Positions 19,584 to 29,165 of a stretch of 58,910 nt of DNA are shown one piece after another. Below the pieces are notes generated by a model, which saw only the letters and a program-made list of their open reading frames with translations, was not told the DNA's origin and searched no databases. Source of the stretch: Mageeibacillus sp. UBA5436 (lineage in GTDB: Bacteria; Bacillota; Clostridia; Saccharofermentanales; DTU023); contig DIRM01000038.1 of the NCBI GenBank assembly GCA_002427545.1, positions 1-58,910 on the forward strand, in the 5' to 3' direction. A program made the translations under genes and the position numbers. The first letter of the stretch is position 1. Every line of letters starts with the position of its first letter.

Positions 19584-20795
19584 ATGGAAGATAAAAAAAT
19601 AGTGATGAAATTTGGTGGTAGTTCTGTTTCAACCACTGAGAGAATAAAAGATGTAGCCCAATTGATAATACATCGAAAAGAAAAATATAATCATATCATC
19701 GTTGTTGTTTCTGCCATGGGTGATACAACAGATAATTTATTATCTTTAGCAAATCGCCTTTCAAAACAGCCATACAATAAAGAAATTGATATGTTACTAT
19801 CAAGTGGAGAAATCGTTTCGGCATCTCTTTTAGCAATGCATTTGATTGATTTAGGTTATCCGGCCCAAAGCTTTACTGGCTTTCAAGCTGGCCTAAAAAC
19901 ACGTGGTCAACATCGTAAAAGTCAAATAGAAAATATCAATCCAAATAAAATTTTAGAGGCATTGAGTCTCGATAAAATTGTAATTGTAGCTGGTTTTCAA
20001 GGGATGAACGCTGAAGGTGAAATCACAACTTTAGGACGTGGCGGTTCTGATACATCTGCAGTTGCTTTGGCAGCAAAGCTAAATGCCAGATGTGAAATTT
20101 ATACGGATGTGGCTGGAATATATACAGTTGATCCTCGAATTAGGCCTAATGCAAAAAAACTTAAGCAAATTAATTATGAAGAAGCCTTAGAAATGGCAAA
20201 TCTAGGTGCTAAAGTAATTGCTGCAAGAAGTGTGGAATTAGCAGCTAAATATAATGTGCCACTTTATATTGCATTGAATACTGGTAATGTTGAAGGAACG
20301 TGCATCAGTAATAAAGAGGAGAAGCTTATGTCTGAAAATATGGAAGAAATTTTATTAACTAATATTTCAAAAATTGATGATGTATTGATGGTTAATTTGG
20401 AAAATTTAGAAAAAATTGATAAAAATGTGATTCATTGTTTTGTCGAATTGGCTGATGCTAATATCAATGTTGATCTCTTGAATCAGATGCTCTTAAAAGA
20501 TCATCATCCAGCAGTTTCCTTTACAGCTCATCAAGAGGATAAAGATGGAATAATCACTATATTAGACAAATTAGAATTTGATTATTTAATGGTGGAAAAT
20601 TTATCTAAAGTTTCTATTATAGGTTCTGATATGCGTCATCAAGTTGGTGTAGCAGCTGAAGCATTCAGAGTTTTCGTTGAAGAAGATATACCTTATTATA
20701 TGGTTTCAACTTCAGATATTAGTATTTCTTATGTTGTTGATACAGAAAATGCGAAACAACTTATTAATGCATTTGCAGATCGATTTGGATTATAA
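19584..20795 (+). CDS. lysC: Aspartate kinase (alpha subunit)
   Basis: VMKFGGSS, VVSAMG, TTLGRGGSD, TDVAGIYTVDPR and C-terminal ACT domains. Confidence 0.95.
   Translation: MEDKKIVMKFGGSSVSTTERIKDVAQLIIHRKEKYNHIIVVVSAMGDTTDNLLSLANRLSKQPYNKEIDMLLSSGEIVSASLLAMHLIDLGYPAQSFTGFQAGLKTRGQHRKSQIENINPNKILEALSLDKIVIVAGFQGMNAEGEITTLGRGGSDTSAVALAAKLNARCEIYTDVAGIYTVDPRIRPNAKKLKQINYEEALEMANLGAKVIAARSVELAAKYNVPLYIALNTGNVEGTCISNKEEKLMSENMEEILLTNISKIDDVLMVNLENLEKIDKNVIHCFVELADANINVDLLNQMLLKDHHPAVSFTAHQEDKDGIITILDKLEFDYLMVENLSKVSIIGSDMRHQVGVAAEAFRVFVEEDIPYYMVSTSDISISYVVDTENAKQLINAFADRFGL
20328..20795 (+). CDS. Putative aspartate kinase beta subunit from an in-frame internal start (Met249)
   Basis: AGAGGAG (20315-20321) lies 6 nt before an in-frame ATG at the start of the ACT region. 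Confidence 0.6.
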   Translation: MSENMEEILLTNISKIDDVLMVNLENLEKIDKNVIHCFVELADANINVDLLNQMLLKDHHPAVSFTAHQEDKDGIITILDKLEFDYLMVENLSKVSIIGSDMRHQVGVAAEAFRVFVEEDIPYYMVSTSDISISYVVDTENAKQLINAFADRFGL

Positions 20796-21043
20796 TCAAA
20801 GAAAAAATACTTGAAAAGATATAAGAAAAGGCATAAGACATAAATCATAAAAGTTTTTAATATACATTAAGATGAAGTAAATATATAGTAACTGTTGCGA
20901 ACAGGCTATTTTAATTACTTTAAATTTTGTATAATTAATTTGTTTCTTGTGAAAATATACTATATTACAGTATATACTATAAGAATTAAATAGTATTCAT
21001 TGAGATATCAAAATTCTTAATAAAGAATTGCAAGGAGGTTGCT

Positions 21044-21928
21044 ATGTTGTTTCAAGGTTCTGGCGTTGCATTAGTCACGCCTTTTACAGAACAAGGAGAA
21101 ATCGATTATCCTGGTTTTGACAAATTAATCGATTTTCATTTATCTCATAAAACAGATGCTATCATTTCTATGGGAACGACTGGTGAAGCATCAACTACTT
21201 CTGATCCAGAACATATCGAAGCTATTGCGTATACCGTTAAAAAGGTTGCGGGTAAAATTCCAGTTATTGCAGGTACAGGTATCAATCATACCGATCATGC
21301 CATCAGTCTTAGTAGACAGGCCGAAGCAGTAGGTGCTGATGGTTTATTATTGGTTACGCCTTATTATAATAAAGCTACAAAACGTGGTTTGTATGAGCAT
21401 TTCAAAAATATTGCTGAAAGTGTAAATATTCCATCTATTCTTTATAATGTGCCAAGCCGAACAGCGGTTGATATTCCAGCCAATTTGGTAAAGGAATTGG
21501 CAGAAATTAAAAACATTGTTGGAATTAAAGATGCAACAGGCAACTTATCTTATACAATCTCTCTTAGACATGAATTACCAAAAGATTTTGCTATCTATTC
21601 TGGTAATGATGATGTTGTTGTTCCATTAATGTCTGTTGGTGGCAATGGCGTTATTTCTGTTTTAGCGAATGTTTTGCCAGAAGAAACTCATAATATGGTA
21701 GCTGCTTGTTTGAATAATGATTATGAAACGGCTGCTGAGATTCAAACTCGTCTTTATCCATTAATCAAGGCAATTTTCCATGAAGTAAATCCAGTACCGG
21801 TTAAAGCAGCGATGGAATTACTTGGTTTACCTGGTGGCGGTTTGCGCTTACCTTTAACTAAAGCTGAACCCGAAACTTATGAATTGCTCAAAAAGACCTT
21901 AATAGATTTAGGATATTTAAAAGCATAA
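21044..21928 (+). CDS. dapA: 4-hydroxy-tetrahydrodipicolinate synthase
   Basis: ALVTPF, GTTGE, TPYYNK, LYNVPSRT and GIKDATG. Confidence 0.96.
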   Translation: MLFQGSGVALVTPFTEQGEIDYPGFDKLIDFHLSHKTDAIISMGTTGEASTTSDPEHIEAIAYTVKKVAGKIPVIAGTGINHTDHAISLSRQAEAVGADGLLLVTPYYNKATKRGLYEHFKNIAESVNIPSILYNVPSRTAVDIPANLVKELAEIKNIVGIKDATGNLSYTISLRHELPKDFAIYSGNDDVVVPLMSVGGNGVISVLANVLPEETHNMVAACLNNDYETAAEIQTRLYPLIKAIFHEVNPVPVKAAMELLGLPGGGLRLPLTKAEPETYELLKKTLIDLGYLKA

Positions 21929-22017
21929 AAACAAAGCTTGTAAAAGCAATTATGAAATAAATACATAGTCAATTTTTAATATAAAGAAATTGACTATAAA
22001 TTAGAAATGAGGGGAAA

Positions 22018-22767
22018 ATGAAAATAATATTATCTGGCGCAACTGGTAAAATGGGTCATATGATTTTTGACACGCTTAAAAATTCCAAAGAGCATCAAAT
22101 AGTGGCTGGCTATGCTGCGGAGCTGGATCCTGATTTGCCTTTCCCCATTTATTTAAACTTAAATGAATGTCAAGAAAAAGAAAGCATTGATTTAATTATC
22201 GATTTTTCTTCACCAAATTCTATAGATCATTTATTGGATTTTGCTTTAGAAAACAAAATCGCTATGGTGATTGCTTCAACTGGGTTTTCAAATGAGCAGG
22301 AAGATAGAATTAAAAAAGCTGCAGATGACATTCCAATTTTACATTCGAAAAATATGAGTCTTGGTGTTAATGTGATGCAAATACTTGTCGAAAAAATGGC
22401 AGCAGTTTTAAGTGACTTTGATATTGAAATCATTGAAAAACATCATCGCTATAAAAAAGATTCACCTAGTGGCACCGCTAAGATGTTATTTGAATCCGCC
22501 AATAAGGGTAGACAAAATAAATTACATGAATTAGATGGTAGGGCTGGTATTTATGATGACAGAGATATTAATGAAGTAGGTATTTCTGCAATAAGAGGCG
22601 GTACGATTGTCGGAGAGCATTCTGTTATTTTTGCTGGTCAAGACGAAATTTTAGAAATTAAGCATACGGCTAATTCAAGAGCTATTTTTGCGAATGGTGC
22701 GATTAAAGCAGCAGAGTTTTTAATTAAACAAAAACCTGGCTTTTATACCATGAATGATGTGCTTTAA
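22018..22767 (+). CDS. dapB: 4-hydroxy-tetrahydrodipicolinate reductase
   Basis: GATGKMG, EKHHRYKKDSPSGTA and RGGTIVGEH. Confidence 0.96.
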   Translation: MKIILSGATGKMGHMIFDTLKNSKEHQIVAGYAAELDPDLPFPIYLNLNECQEKESIDLIIDFSSPNSIDHLLDFALENKIAMVIASTGFSNEQEDRIKKAADDIPILHSKNMSLGVNVMQILVEKMAAVLSDFDIEIIEKHHRYKKDSPSGTAKMLFESANKGRQNKLHELDGRAGIYDDRDINEVGISAIRGGTIVGEHSVIFAGQDEILEIKHTANSRAIFANGAIKAAEFLIKQKPGFYTMNDVL

Positions 22768-22844
22768 TTTTAATCATAAAATTGTTAAAAAATTCAAAAA
22801 ATGATGTGATGATTAAAAGTTTTAATTAAGCAGAAGAGGGAAAA

Positions 22845-23813
22845 ATGATTAATATAGGGATCGTTGGTTTTGGAAATTTAGGTAAAAGCATTGCAAAATG
22901 CATTGATAATTTTACCGATCTCCATTTGTTTGCTGTTTTTTCTAGACGTGATCCAAGCCAAATTGATAGTAAATATCGCATTGAATCTTTAAGCCATATT
23001 GGACAATTCAAAGATCAAATCGATGTTTTAATTTTAGCCTTAGGCTCACAAAGAGATATTCCTGAATTAGCATCTACGTTAATCAATCAATTTAATACCG
23101 TTGATGTTTATGATAATCATGCATTCATTCCTGAGCATTTTAAAGAAATGAATCAAATCGCTTTAGAAAATAATAAAGTCTCAATCATTTCAACTGGTTG
23201 GGATCCAGGCCTTTTTTCTTTAGAAAGAACTTTAGCTGATGCCGTATTACCTATTGGTCATACCTATACTTTTTGGGGACCTGGATTAAGTCAAGGTCAT
23301 AGTGATGTGGTGCGTCATGTAATAGGCGTAAAATATGGCGTGCAATACACAATTCCTAAAGAAGAAATTGTCGAAGAAGCACGGCAAGGAAAAGATATTG
23401 ATTTTTCACCTTCTAAAGCACATCGAAGAGAAGTTTATGTTGTTTTAGAAGATAATGCAGATGCAGAAGTCATCAGTGCAGAAATTAAATCCATCCCAGA
23501 TTATTTTGAGCCTTATGAAACGAATGTACATTTTATTTCAGAAGAAGACTTTTTGAGAGAGCATCAAGGTATGCCACATGGCGGTATTGTGATTCGTTCT
23601 GGCGAAACTTCAAAACAAATGCAAGATAATTTTGAATTTAAATTAACTTTAGAAAGTAATCCCGAGTTTACAGCTTCAATTAGTCTAGCTTATGCTAGAG
23701 CAGCAGCTCGCTTAGCTAAAGAAAAAAATTATGGCGCAAAAACCGTTTTAGATATCCCTATTTCTTATTTATCTAATCGGGATAAAGATGAATTATTAGC
23801 ACATTTTATTTGA
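22845..23813 (+). CDS. ddh: meso-diaminopimelate D-dehydrogenase
   Basis: GFGNLG, GWDPGLFS, TFWGPGLSQGHSD, MPHGG and SNPEFT. Confidence 0.93.
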   Translation: MINIGIVGFGNLGKSIAKCIDNFTDLHLFAVFSRRDPSQIDSKYRIESLSHIGQFKDQIDVLILALGSQRDIPELASTLINQFNTVDVYDNHAFIPEHFKEMNQIALENNKVSIISTGWDPGLFSLERTLADAVLPIGHTYTFWGPGLSQGHSDVVRHVIGVKYGVQYTIPKEEIVEEARQGKDIDFSPSKAHRREVYVVLEDNADAEVISAEIKSIPDYFEPYETNVHFISEEDFLREHQGMPHGGIVIRSGETSKQMQDNFEFKLTLESNPEFTASISLAYARAAARLAKEKNYGAKTVLDIPISYLSNRDKDELLAHFI

Positions 23814-23908
23814 ATTGTGCAGAATTGTATAATAGATAAATTATAAAATATTTTGTTTTAAATAAGTTTTTATATTAAAAAATATATTTTAATGTATGAG
23901 GAGACTTC

Positions 23909-25996
23909 ATGGCACGTTTTAAAATAATTGATGAATTTGGTATTAATCAATTTGGTAAATCAGTAATGCGAGAGCGTTTACCAAAACCGATTTATGAGGC
24001 TTGGCAACAAGCAACTTATCAAAATATACCAATTAATCGTGAAGTCGCTGATGCAATAGCGCATGCCATGAAAGTTTGGGCTATGGAAAGAGGCGCTACT
24101 CATTTTTGCCATTGGTTTCAACCTTTAACTGGCAAAACAGCAGAAAAACATACAGCCTTTTTACAAGAAGATGCAAATGGCTTGCCGATTTCTAGATTAT
24201 CTGGAAAATCTTTAATGCGTGGCGAAACAGATGGATCATCATTCCCTCATGGAGGTTTGCGAGATACATTTGAAGCGCGTGGCTATACCTATTGGGATGT
24301 ATCGTCTTTTGCTTATGTTAGACAAAGTGTTCTCTATATACCAAGTGTTTATATCAGTTATACAGGTGCTAAATTGGATATGAAAATGCCCTTGATTAAT
24401 GCTAGAGAAGCATTAAATAAAGCGGCAACCAGAATGTTGCATTTACTTGGTAAAACAGAAGTGCAATTTGTTCGTCCTATGATTGGTTTAGAGCAAGAAT
24501 ATTTTTTACTGAATGCGAAAGCAGCAGAGCAAAGACCAGATTTACGCTTTTGTGAAAAAACTTTATTTTCAGCTGAGATGCCACGTAATGGGGATTATGA
24601 ATCACCTTACTTTAGCTCCGTCAGTGAAAGAGTGAAATCTTTTATGTACGATGTGAATCAGGAATGTTGGGCACTAGGAATATACACTGTAACCGAACAT
24701 AATGAATCTGCACCTGGCCAATATGAATTTGTTTCTACCTATAATGAAGCAACGACAACGATTGATCAGAATATGTTGCTTATGGATATTTTGAAGAAAG
24801 TAGCCCTGCGGCATGGTTTTGTTTGCCTTTTGACAGAAAAGCCATTTGCTGCTTTGAATGGTTCAGGTAAACATAATAATTTTTCTTTGATGGATTCTAC
24901 AGGTCATAATTTATTTGAACCAGGTGAAAAAGCTTCAGAAAATTTACAATTTATTGTTTTTTTATCTGCTTTTATAGAAGCTATAGATAAATATCAAGCC
25001 TTGATTAGAATGGCTTCTTCAAATGAGGGAAATGATCATCGTTTAGGTGGTTATGAAGCTCCTCCAGCTATTCTTTCTATTTATTTAGGCGATAAATTAC
25101 ATCAACTCTTTACGCAATTAGCAGAAGCAACAGAGATTAGCGCTGTTGAATTAAGAGAATTGACAACACCAATTGCTAATTTAGCTGCCTTAAGCATTGA
25201 TGCAACTGATCGGAATCGTACTGCACCGATTAGTTTTTCAGGGAATAAATTTGAAATCCGTACTCTAGGAGCATCGATGAATGCTTCATCGCTTAATGCA
25301 TTTGTTTTCGTGGCTATGGCTGAAAGCCTAGAAAATATGGCTGACAAACTTGAAAAAATTAATCCGGAAAATCAAGAAGCATTACATAATGCTGTTATGA
25401 AAATTACACATGAATCTATGCATAATCATCATAAAATTTTATTTGCTGGTAATAATTATGATGAAGATTGGCATTCTGAAGCCAAACAACGTGGCCTTGT
25501 GGAATTAGATAATTATATAGATACCGTTGAAACTTTAATTGATCCTAAGAGCGTTGCCCTTTTAGAAAAATTTAATGTGCTTAATCAAGCAGAATTAGAA
25601 GCGCGTTATCAAGTATTAATTAGAGATTTTATTCATTCTGTTAAAACTCAAGCTAGAATTATGACCAGAATGGCACAAGAGGGAGTCTATCCCGCATTAT
25701 TACGCTATCAAATTGAACTGGAGAATGTGGCTGTTAATGGCTTTAGTGAATCCGCCAAAACAAGAGCTGTATTCAATGCTAATTTGATGGATGAATTGGA
25801 TGCTAAAACTAAAGAGCTGGATCAAATGATTGATAAAATTATCCAATCAGGTGACAATGAAAATATTATTCGAGATATGATGAATAAATTGCGTCCAGCT
25901 ATGCAAGAGTTAGCAGCCTTATTGCGTAAGATTGAACTTTATTGTCCATATGATGTTTTCCCTTATCCAACTGAAGAAGAATTGATTGTTGTTTAA
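23909..25996 (+). CDS. Glutamine synthetase type III (divergent)
   Basis: 695 aa. HWFQPLTGKTAEKH, TFEARGYT, EQEYFL, NGSGKHNN, EAPPAI and DRNRT are present. Confidence 0.88.
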   Translation: MARFKIIDEFGINQFGKSVMRERLPKPIYEAWQQATYQNIPINREVADAIAHAMKVWAMERGATHFCHWFQPLTGKTAEKHTAFLQEDANGLPISRLSGKSLMRGETDGSSFPHGGLRDTFEARGYTYWDVSSFAYVRQSVLYIPSVYISYTGAKLDMKMPLINAREALNKAATRMLHLLGKTEVQFVRPMIGLEQEYFLLNAKAAEQRPDLRFCEKTLFSAEMPRNGDYESPYFSSVSERVKSFMYDVNQECWALGIYTVTEHNESAPGQYEFVSTYNEATTTIDQNMLLMDILKKVALRHGFVCLLTEKPFAALNGSGKHNNFSLMDSTGHNLFEPGEKASENLQFIVFLSAFIEAIDKYQALIRMASSNEGNDHRLGGYEAPPAILSIYLGDKLHQLFTQLAEATEISAVELRELTTPIANLAALSIDATDRNRTAPISFSGNKFEIRTLGASMNASSLNAFVFVAMAESLENMADKLEKINPENQEALHNAVMKITHESMHNHHKILFAGNNYDEDWHSEAKQRGLVELDNYIDTVETLIDPKSVALLEKFNVLNQAELEARYQVLIRDFIHSVKTQARIMTRMAQEGVYPALLRYQIELENVAVNGFSESAKTRAVFNANLMDELDAKTKELDQMIDKIIQSGDNENIIRDMMNKLRPAMQELAALLRKIELYCPYDVFPYPTEEELIVV

Positions 25997-26023
25997 GTTG
26001 AGAGTAAAATAAATAACTGAGTT

Positions 26024-26098
26024 GCGGGATTAACTCAGTGGTAGAGTGTTAGCTTCCCAAGCTGAAGGTCGCGGGTTCGAATCCCGTATCCCGCTCCA
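26024..26098 (+). tRNA. tRNA-Gly (anticodon CCC), CCA encoded
   Basis: 75-nt cloverleaf: acceptor stem GCGGGAT/ATCCCGC, D arm ACTC-AGTGGTA-GAGT, anticodon arm TTAGC-TTCCCAA-GCTGA, T arm GCGGG-TTCGAAT-CCCGT, ending TCCA. Confidence 0.97.
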
Positions 26099-26101
26099 AT
26101 G

Positions 26102-26137
26102 AAAACTCCTGAAATGTAGGTATTTCAGGGGTTTTTT
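26102..26137 (+). terminator. Intrinsic terminator after tRNA-Gly
   Basis: AAAACTCCTGAAAT...ATTTCAGGGGTTTTTT. Confidence 0.8.
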
Positions 26138-26445
26138 GTTATTTGTTTTAGATTTCTCATTTTTAATAAAGTTGTATTCGTTTTAATATGTACAAGAAAA
26201 AAGATGTATTTGTACATCATGATAAATTAAATGGATGTTTTTTAATTAAAAAGACCTATTTACTGGCTAAATTTGATTTATATTTTGACTAAATGTATAT
26301 ATAAAGATATAAAAGATTTGATCTAATTTATACATGTTTACACATAAGAATACAACTTATTAATATGTATTGTAAATGAGATCAAAATAATTAATCGGAT
26401 TCTTTGTTTGAACACAAAGAACCCATCAAACTTAGGAGAAGAGAA

Positions 26446-27519
26446 ATGAAAAAAAGAGTATTAAGTTTAATCTTAGTAATGGCAATGGTCTTTACTCTAG
26501 CTGCTTGTGGCGGTGGTGGAGAGACTGCAAAAACAGAAGCTGCAAAAACAGAAGCTGCAAAAACAGAGGCTGCAAAAACAGAGGCTGAAAAAACAGATGA
26601 TGTATCTGAAGAAAAAACAGAAGCTCCTGCTGCTTCTGGCGATCTTATTTCAGTAGGTATCGTCAATAACCCACCTTCCGAATCTGGCTATCGTGAAGCT
26701 AACGTTAACAATTTTGAAGAAGTATTTTCAAAAGAAAATGGTTATGATGCAGATACTTATTATAGTTTAAAAAATGATGAGCAATTAAATGCAGCCCAAC
26801 AATTTGTTACACAAGGCGTGGATTATTTGCTTATCTCTGCTGCAGAAACAACTGGCTGGGAGAGTGTATTAAAAGATGCACAAGAAGCTGGTATTGAAGT
26901 ATTCTTATTTGACCGCATGATCGATTGCGATGATAGTTTATATCAAGCAGCTGTTGTCTCTGATATGGCTAAAGAAGGTGACACCGCGGTTGAATGGTTA
27001 TTAGACCAAGACCTTGACGAATACAATATCGTACATATTCAAGGTGCTATGGGCTCGGATGCACAAATTGGTCGTACTGGTGCTTTAGACGCACAATTCG
27101 AAGCAGGTACCATGAATAAAGTGGTTCAACAAACTGCTACTTGGGACGAAGCTGAAGCAAAGAAAATCGTTGAATCCGTAATAAATTCTGGAGAACCTTT
27201 CAATGTTATTTATGCAGAAAATGATGGTATGGCTCGTGGTGCTGTAGCTGCTTTAGATGAAGCTGGTATTACTCACGGCGTGGATGGCGATGTTATTATT
27301 ATGGGATTTGACTGTAACACTTGGGCATTAGAAGAACTCTTAGCTGGTAACTGGAATTATGATGGACAATGCAGTCCTTTCCAAGCAAGTGTTATTGATG
27401 AAATGATTAAAAAACTTGAAAATGGCGAAACTCTTTCTGATAAGATCGTTATTTCAGAAGAACGTGGTTTTGATGCTACGACCATCACACAAGAAGACAT
27501 TGATAATTTCGGTCTATAA
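26446..27519 (+). CDS. Sugar ABC substrate-binding lipoprotein (YtfQ-like, galactofuranose/arabinose type)
   Basis: ATG 26446 after AGGAG. Lipobox LAAC; ESGYREAN, TGWESVLKDAQEAGI, FDR and AENDGMA. Confidence 0.85.
   Translation: MKKRVLSLILVMAMVFTLAACGGGGETAKTEAAKTEAAKTEAAKTEAEKTDDVSEEKTEAPAASGDLISVGIVNNPPSESGYREANVNNFEEVFSKENGYDADTYYSLKNDEQLNAAQQFVTQGVDYLLISAAETTGWESVLKDAQEAGIEVFLFDRMIDCDDSLYQAAVVSDMAKEGDTAVEWLLDQDLDEYNIVHIQGAMGSDAQIGRTGALDAQFEAGTMNKVVQQTATWDEAEAKKIVESVINSGEPFNVIYAENDGMARGAVAALDEAGITHGVDGDVIIMGFDCNTWALEELLAGNWNYDGQCSPFQASVIDEMIKKLENGETLSDKIVISEERGFDATTITQEDIDNFGL
26525..26597 (+). repeat. 15-bp in-frame tandem repeat encoding an (AKTEA)n linker
   Basis: CTGCAAAAACAGAAG/GAGG occurs four times, plus a degenerate fifth copy. 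Confidence 0.9.
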
Positions 27520-27566
27520 TCTTCAGATGGCTTAAAGCTAAATTAGAAAACGATTATGTCATGGTT

Positions 27567-27612
27567 GCGCAGTGTGGTTTATGTGGATGATTCCTACATA
27601 TCTGCACTGCGC
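27567..27612 (+). other. GC-rich stem-loop between the sugar binding-protein and ATPase genes
   Basis: GCGCAGTG...CACTGCGC outer stem and ATGTGGA/TCCTACAT inner stem; no long U-tract. Confidence 0.65.
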
Positions 27613-27644
27613 TCTTGTTGACAGAGATAGAAGGAGAATCATCG

Positions 27645-29165
27645 ATGAAAAATGACGTCGTATTGTCAGCGAAGGGAATATGCAAGTCTTTTCCTGGTGT
27701 ACGAGCTTTGCACAATGTGGATTTCTCTTTAAGAAAGGCTGAAATTCATGCATTGATGGGTGAAAATGGTGCAGGAAAATCAACCTTGATTAAGGTGCTT
27801 ACCGGCGTTTACAGCAAGGATGATGGACAAGTCTATTTGGATGGCATCGACGGTGAAATACAGGTAAATTCCCCTCATGATGCACAAGAACTTGGCATTA
27901 GTACCGTTTATCAAGAAATTACGCTTTGTCCAAATCTTACAGTAGCTGAAAATATTTTTATCGGACGAGGAAGTGATCGTTTTGTCAATTGGCGAGAGAT
28001 GATGGTAAAAGCGGACGCCTTGCTTGAAAAACTCTCTATTCCTGCTAGAGCAAAACAACAGCTTGGTAGTTGTTCTCTGGCGGTACAGCAAATGGTTGCA
28101 ATTGCTCGTTCAGTAGACATGGATTGTAAAGTGCTAATCTTGGACGAACCGACCTCTTCTTTAGATGAACAAGAAGTCGAGATGCTGTTTAGACTTATGC
28201 GCGATTTAAAGAAAAATGGCGTTGGAATTGTATTCGTAACCCATTTCCTAGAGCAAGTGTATGAAGTATGCGATCGCATTACCGTCTTACGTGATGGTGA
28301 ACTGGTAGGAGAATATCCCATTCAAGATTTACCTCAAGTGGAATTGGTTACCAAAATGATGGGCAAAGAACTTGATGACCTATCAGATTTAGAAAAGAAA
28401 GAAAAAGTCATAAAAGAGCATGCGGAAATCGTTTATGAGGCGACAAACCTTGCCAGTGCGGCATGTCCTAATCCATTTAATTTCAAGATAGCAAAAGGTG
28501 AAGTAAATGGTTTTACGGGTTTACTTGGTTCTGGGCGAAGTGAAAGTGTCCGGGCTATTTTTAATGCTGATAAGGTTACAAGTGGCGATATAAAAGTAAA
28601 CGGTAAACCAGTTCAAATTAAAAAACCAATTGATGCCATGAAGAATGGTATTGGTTATTTGCCTGAAGATCGTAAACGAGATGGGATTATTGAAGACTTA
28701 TCTGTTCGAGAAAACATTATTTTGGCTTTGCAAGTCATGAAAGGATTTTTTAGACCATTATCCCGTTCACAGCAAGATGCTTTTGTTGACGAATATATAA
28801 AAGCACTCGGAATTAAAACAGCTTCGACTGAAACACCGATTAAATCGCTTTCAGGCGGCAATCAACAAAAGGTTATTTTAGCACGCTGGTTGCTCACCAA
28901 TCCGCAATACTTGATATTAGATGAGCCTACAAGAGGTATAGATATTGGAACTAAAACGGAAATCCAAAAATTAGTTTTAAAACTTGCAGAGGATGGTGTC
29001 AGTATCACCTTTATTTCATCCGAAATTGAGGAAATGCTACGTACCTGTTCACGCCTTATTGTCATGCGTGACCGCAATGTTGTGGGTGAACTTGTCGGTG
29101 AAGATATCACACAGGACAAGATTATGCGCACGATTGCTGGAGGAGAAGATGCAAATGAAAAATGA
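27645..29165 (+). CDS. Sugar ABC ATP-binding protein with tandem nucleotide-binding domains (YtfR/MglA-like)
   Basis: GENGAGKST, LDEPTSSL, LSGGNQQKV and DEPTRGIDIG. ATG 27645 after AAGGAG. Confidence 0.92.
   Translation: MKNDVVLSAKGICKSFPGVRALHNVDFSLRKAEIHALMGENGAGKSTLIKVLTGVYSKDDGQVYLDGIDGEIQVNSPHDAQELGISTVYQEITLCPNLTVAENIFIGRGSDRFVNWREMMVKADALLEKLSIPARAKQQLGSCSLAVQQMVAIARSVDMDCKVLILDEPTSSLDEQEVEMLFRLMRDLKKNGVGIVFVTHFLEQVYEVCDRITVLRDGELVGEYPIQDLPQVELVTKMMGKELDDLSDLEKKEKVIKEHAEIVYEATNLASAACPNPFNFKIAKGEVNGFTGLLGSGRSESVRAIFNADKVTSGDIKVNGKPVQIKKPIDAMKNGIGYLPEDRKRDGIIEDLSVRENIILALQVMKGFFRPLSRSQQDAFVDEYIKALGIKTASTETPIKSLSGGNQQKVILARWLLTNPQYLILDEPTRGIDIGTKTEIQKLVLKLAEDGVSITFISSEIEEMLRTCSRLIVMRDRNVVGELVGEDITQDKIMRTIAGGEDANEK

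Noticed and set aside
20796-21043. Possible lysine riboswitch before dapA; small hairpin near 20885-20911 and ATATACTATA repeated twice
   Set aside because: No L-box conserved core. The hairpin is at most a weak terminator, and the repeat is low complexity.
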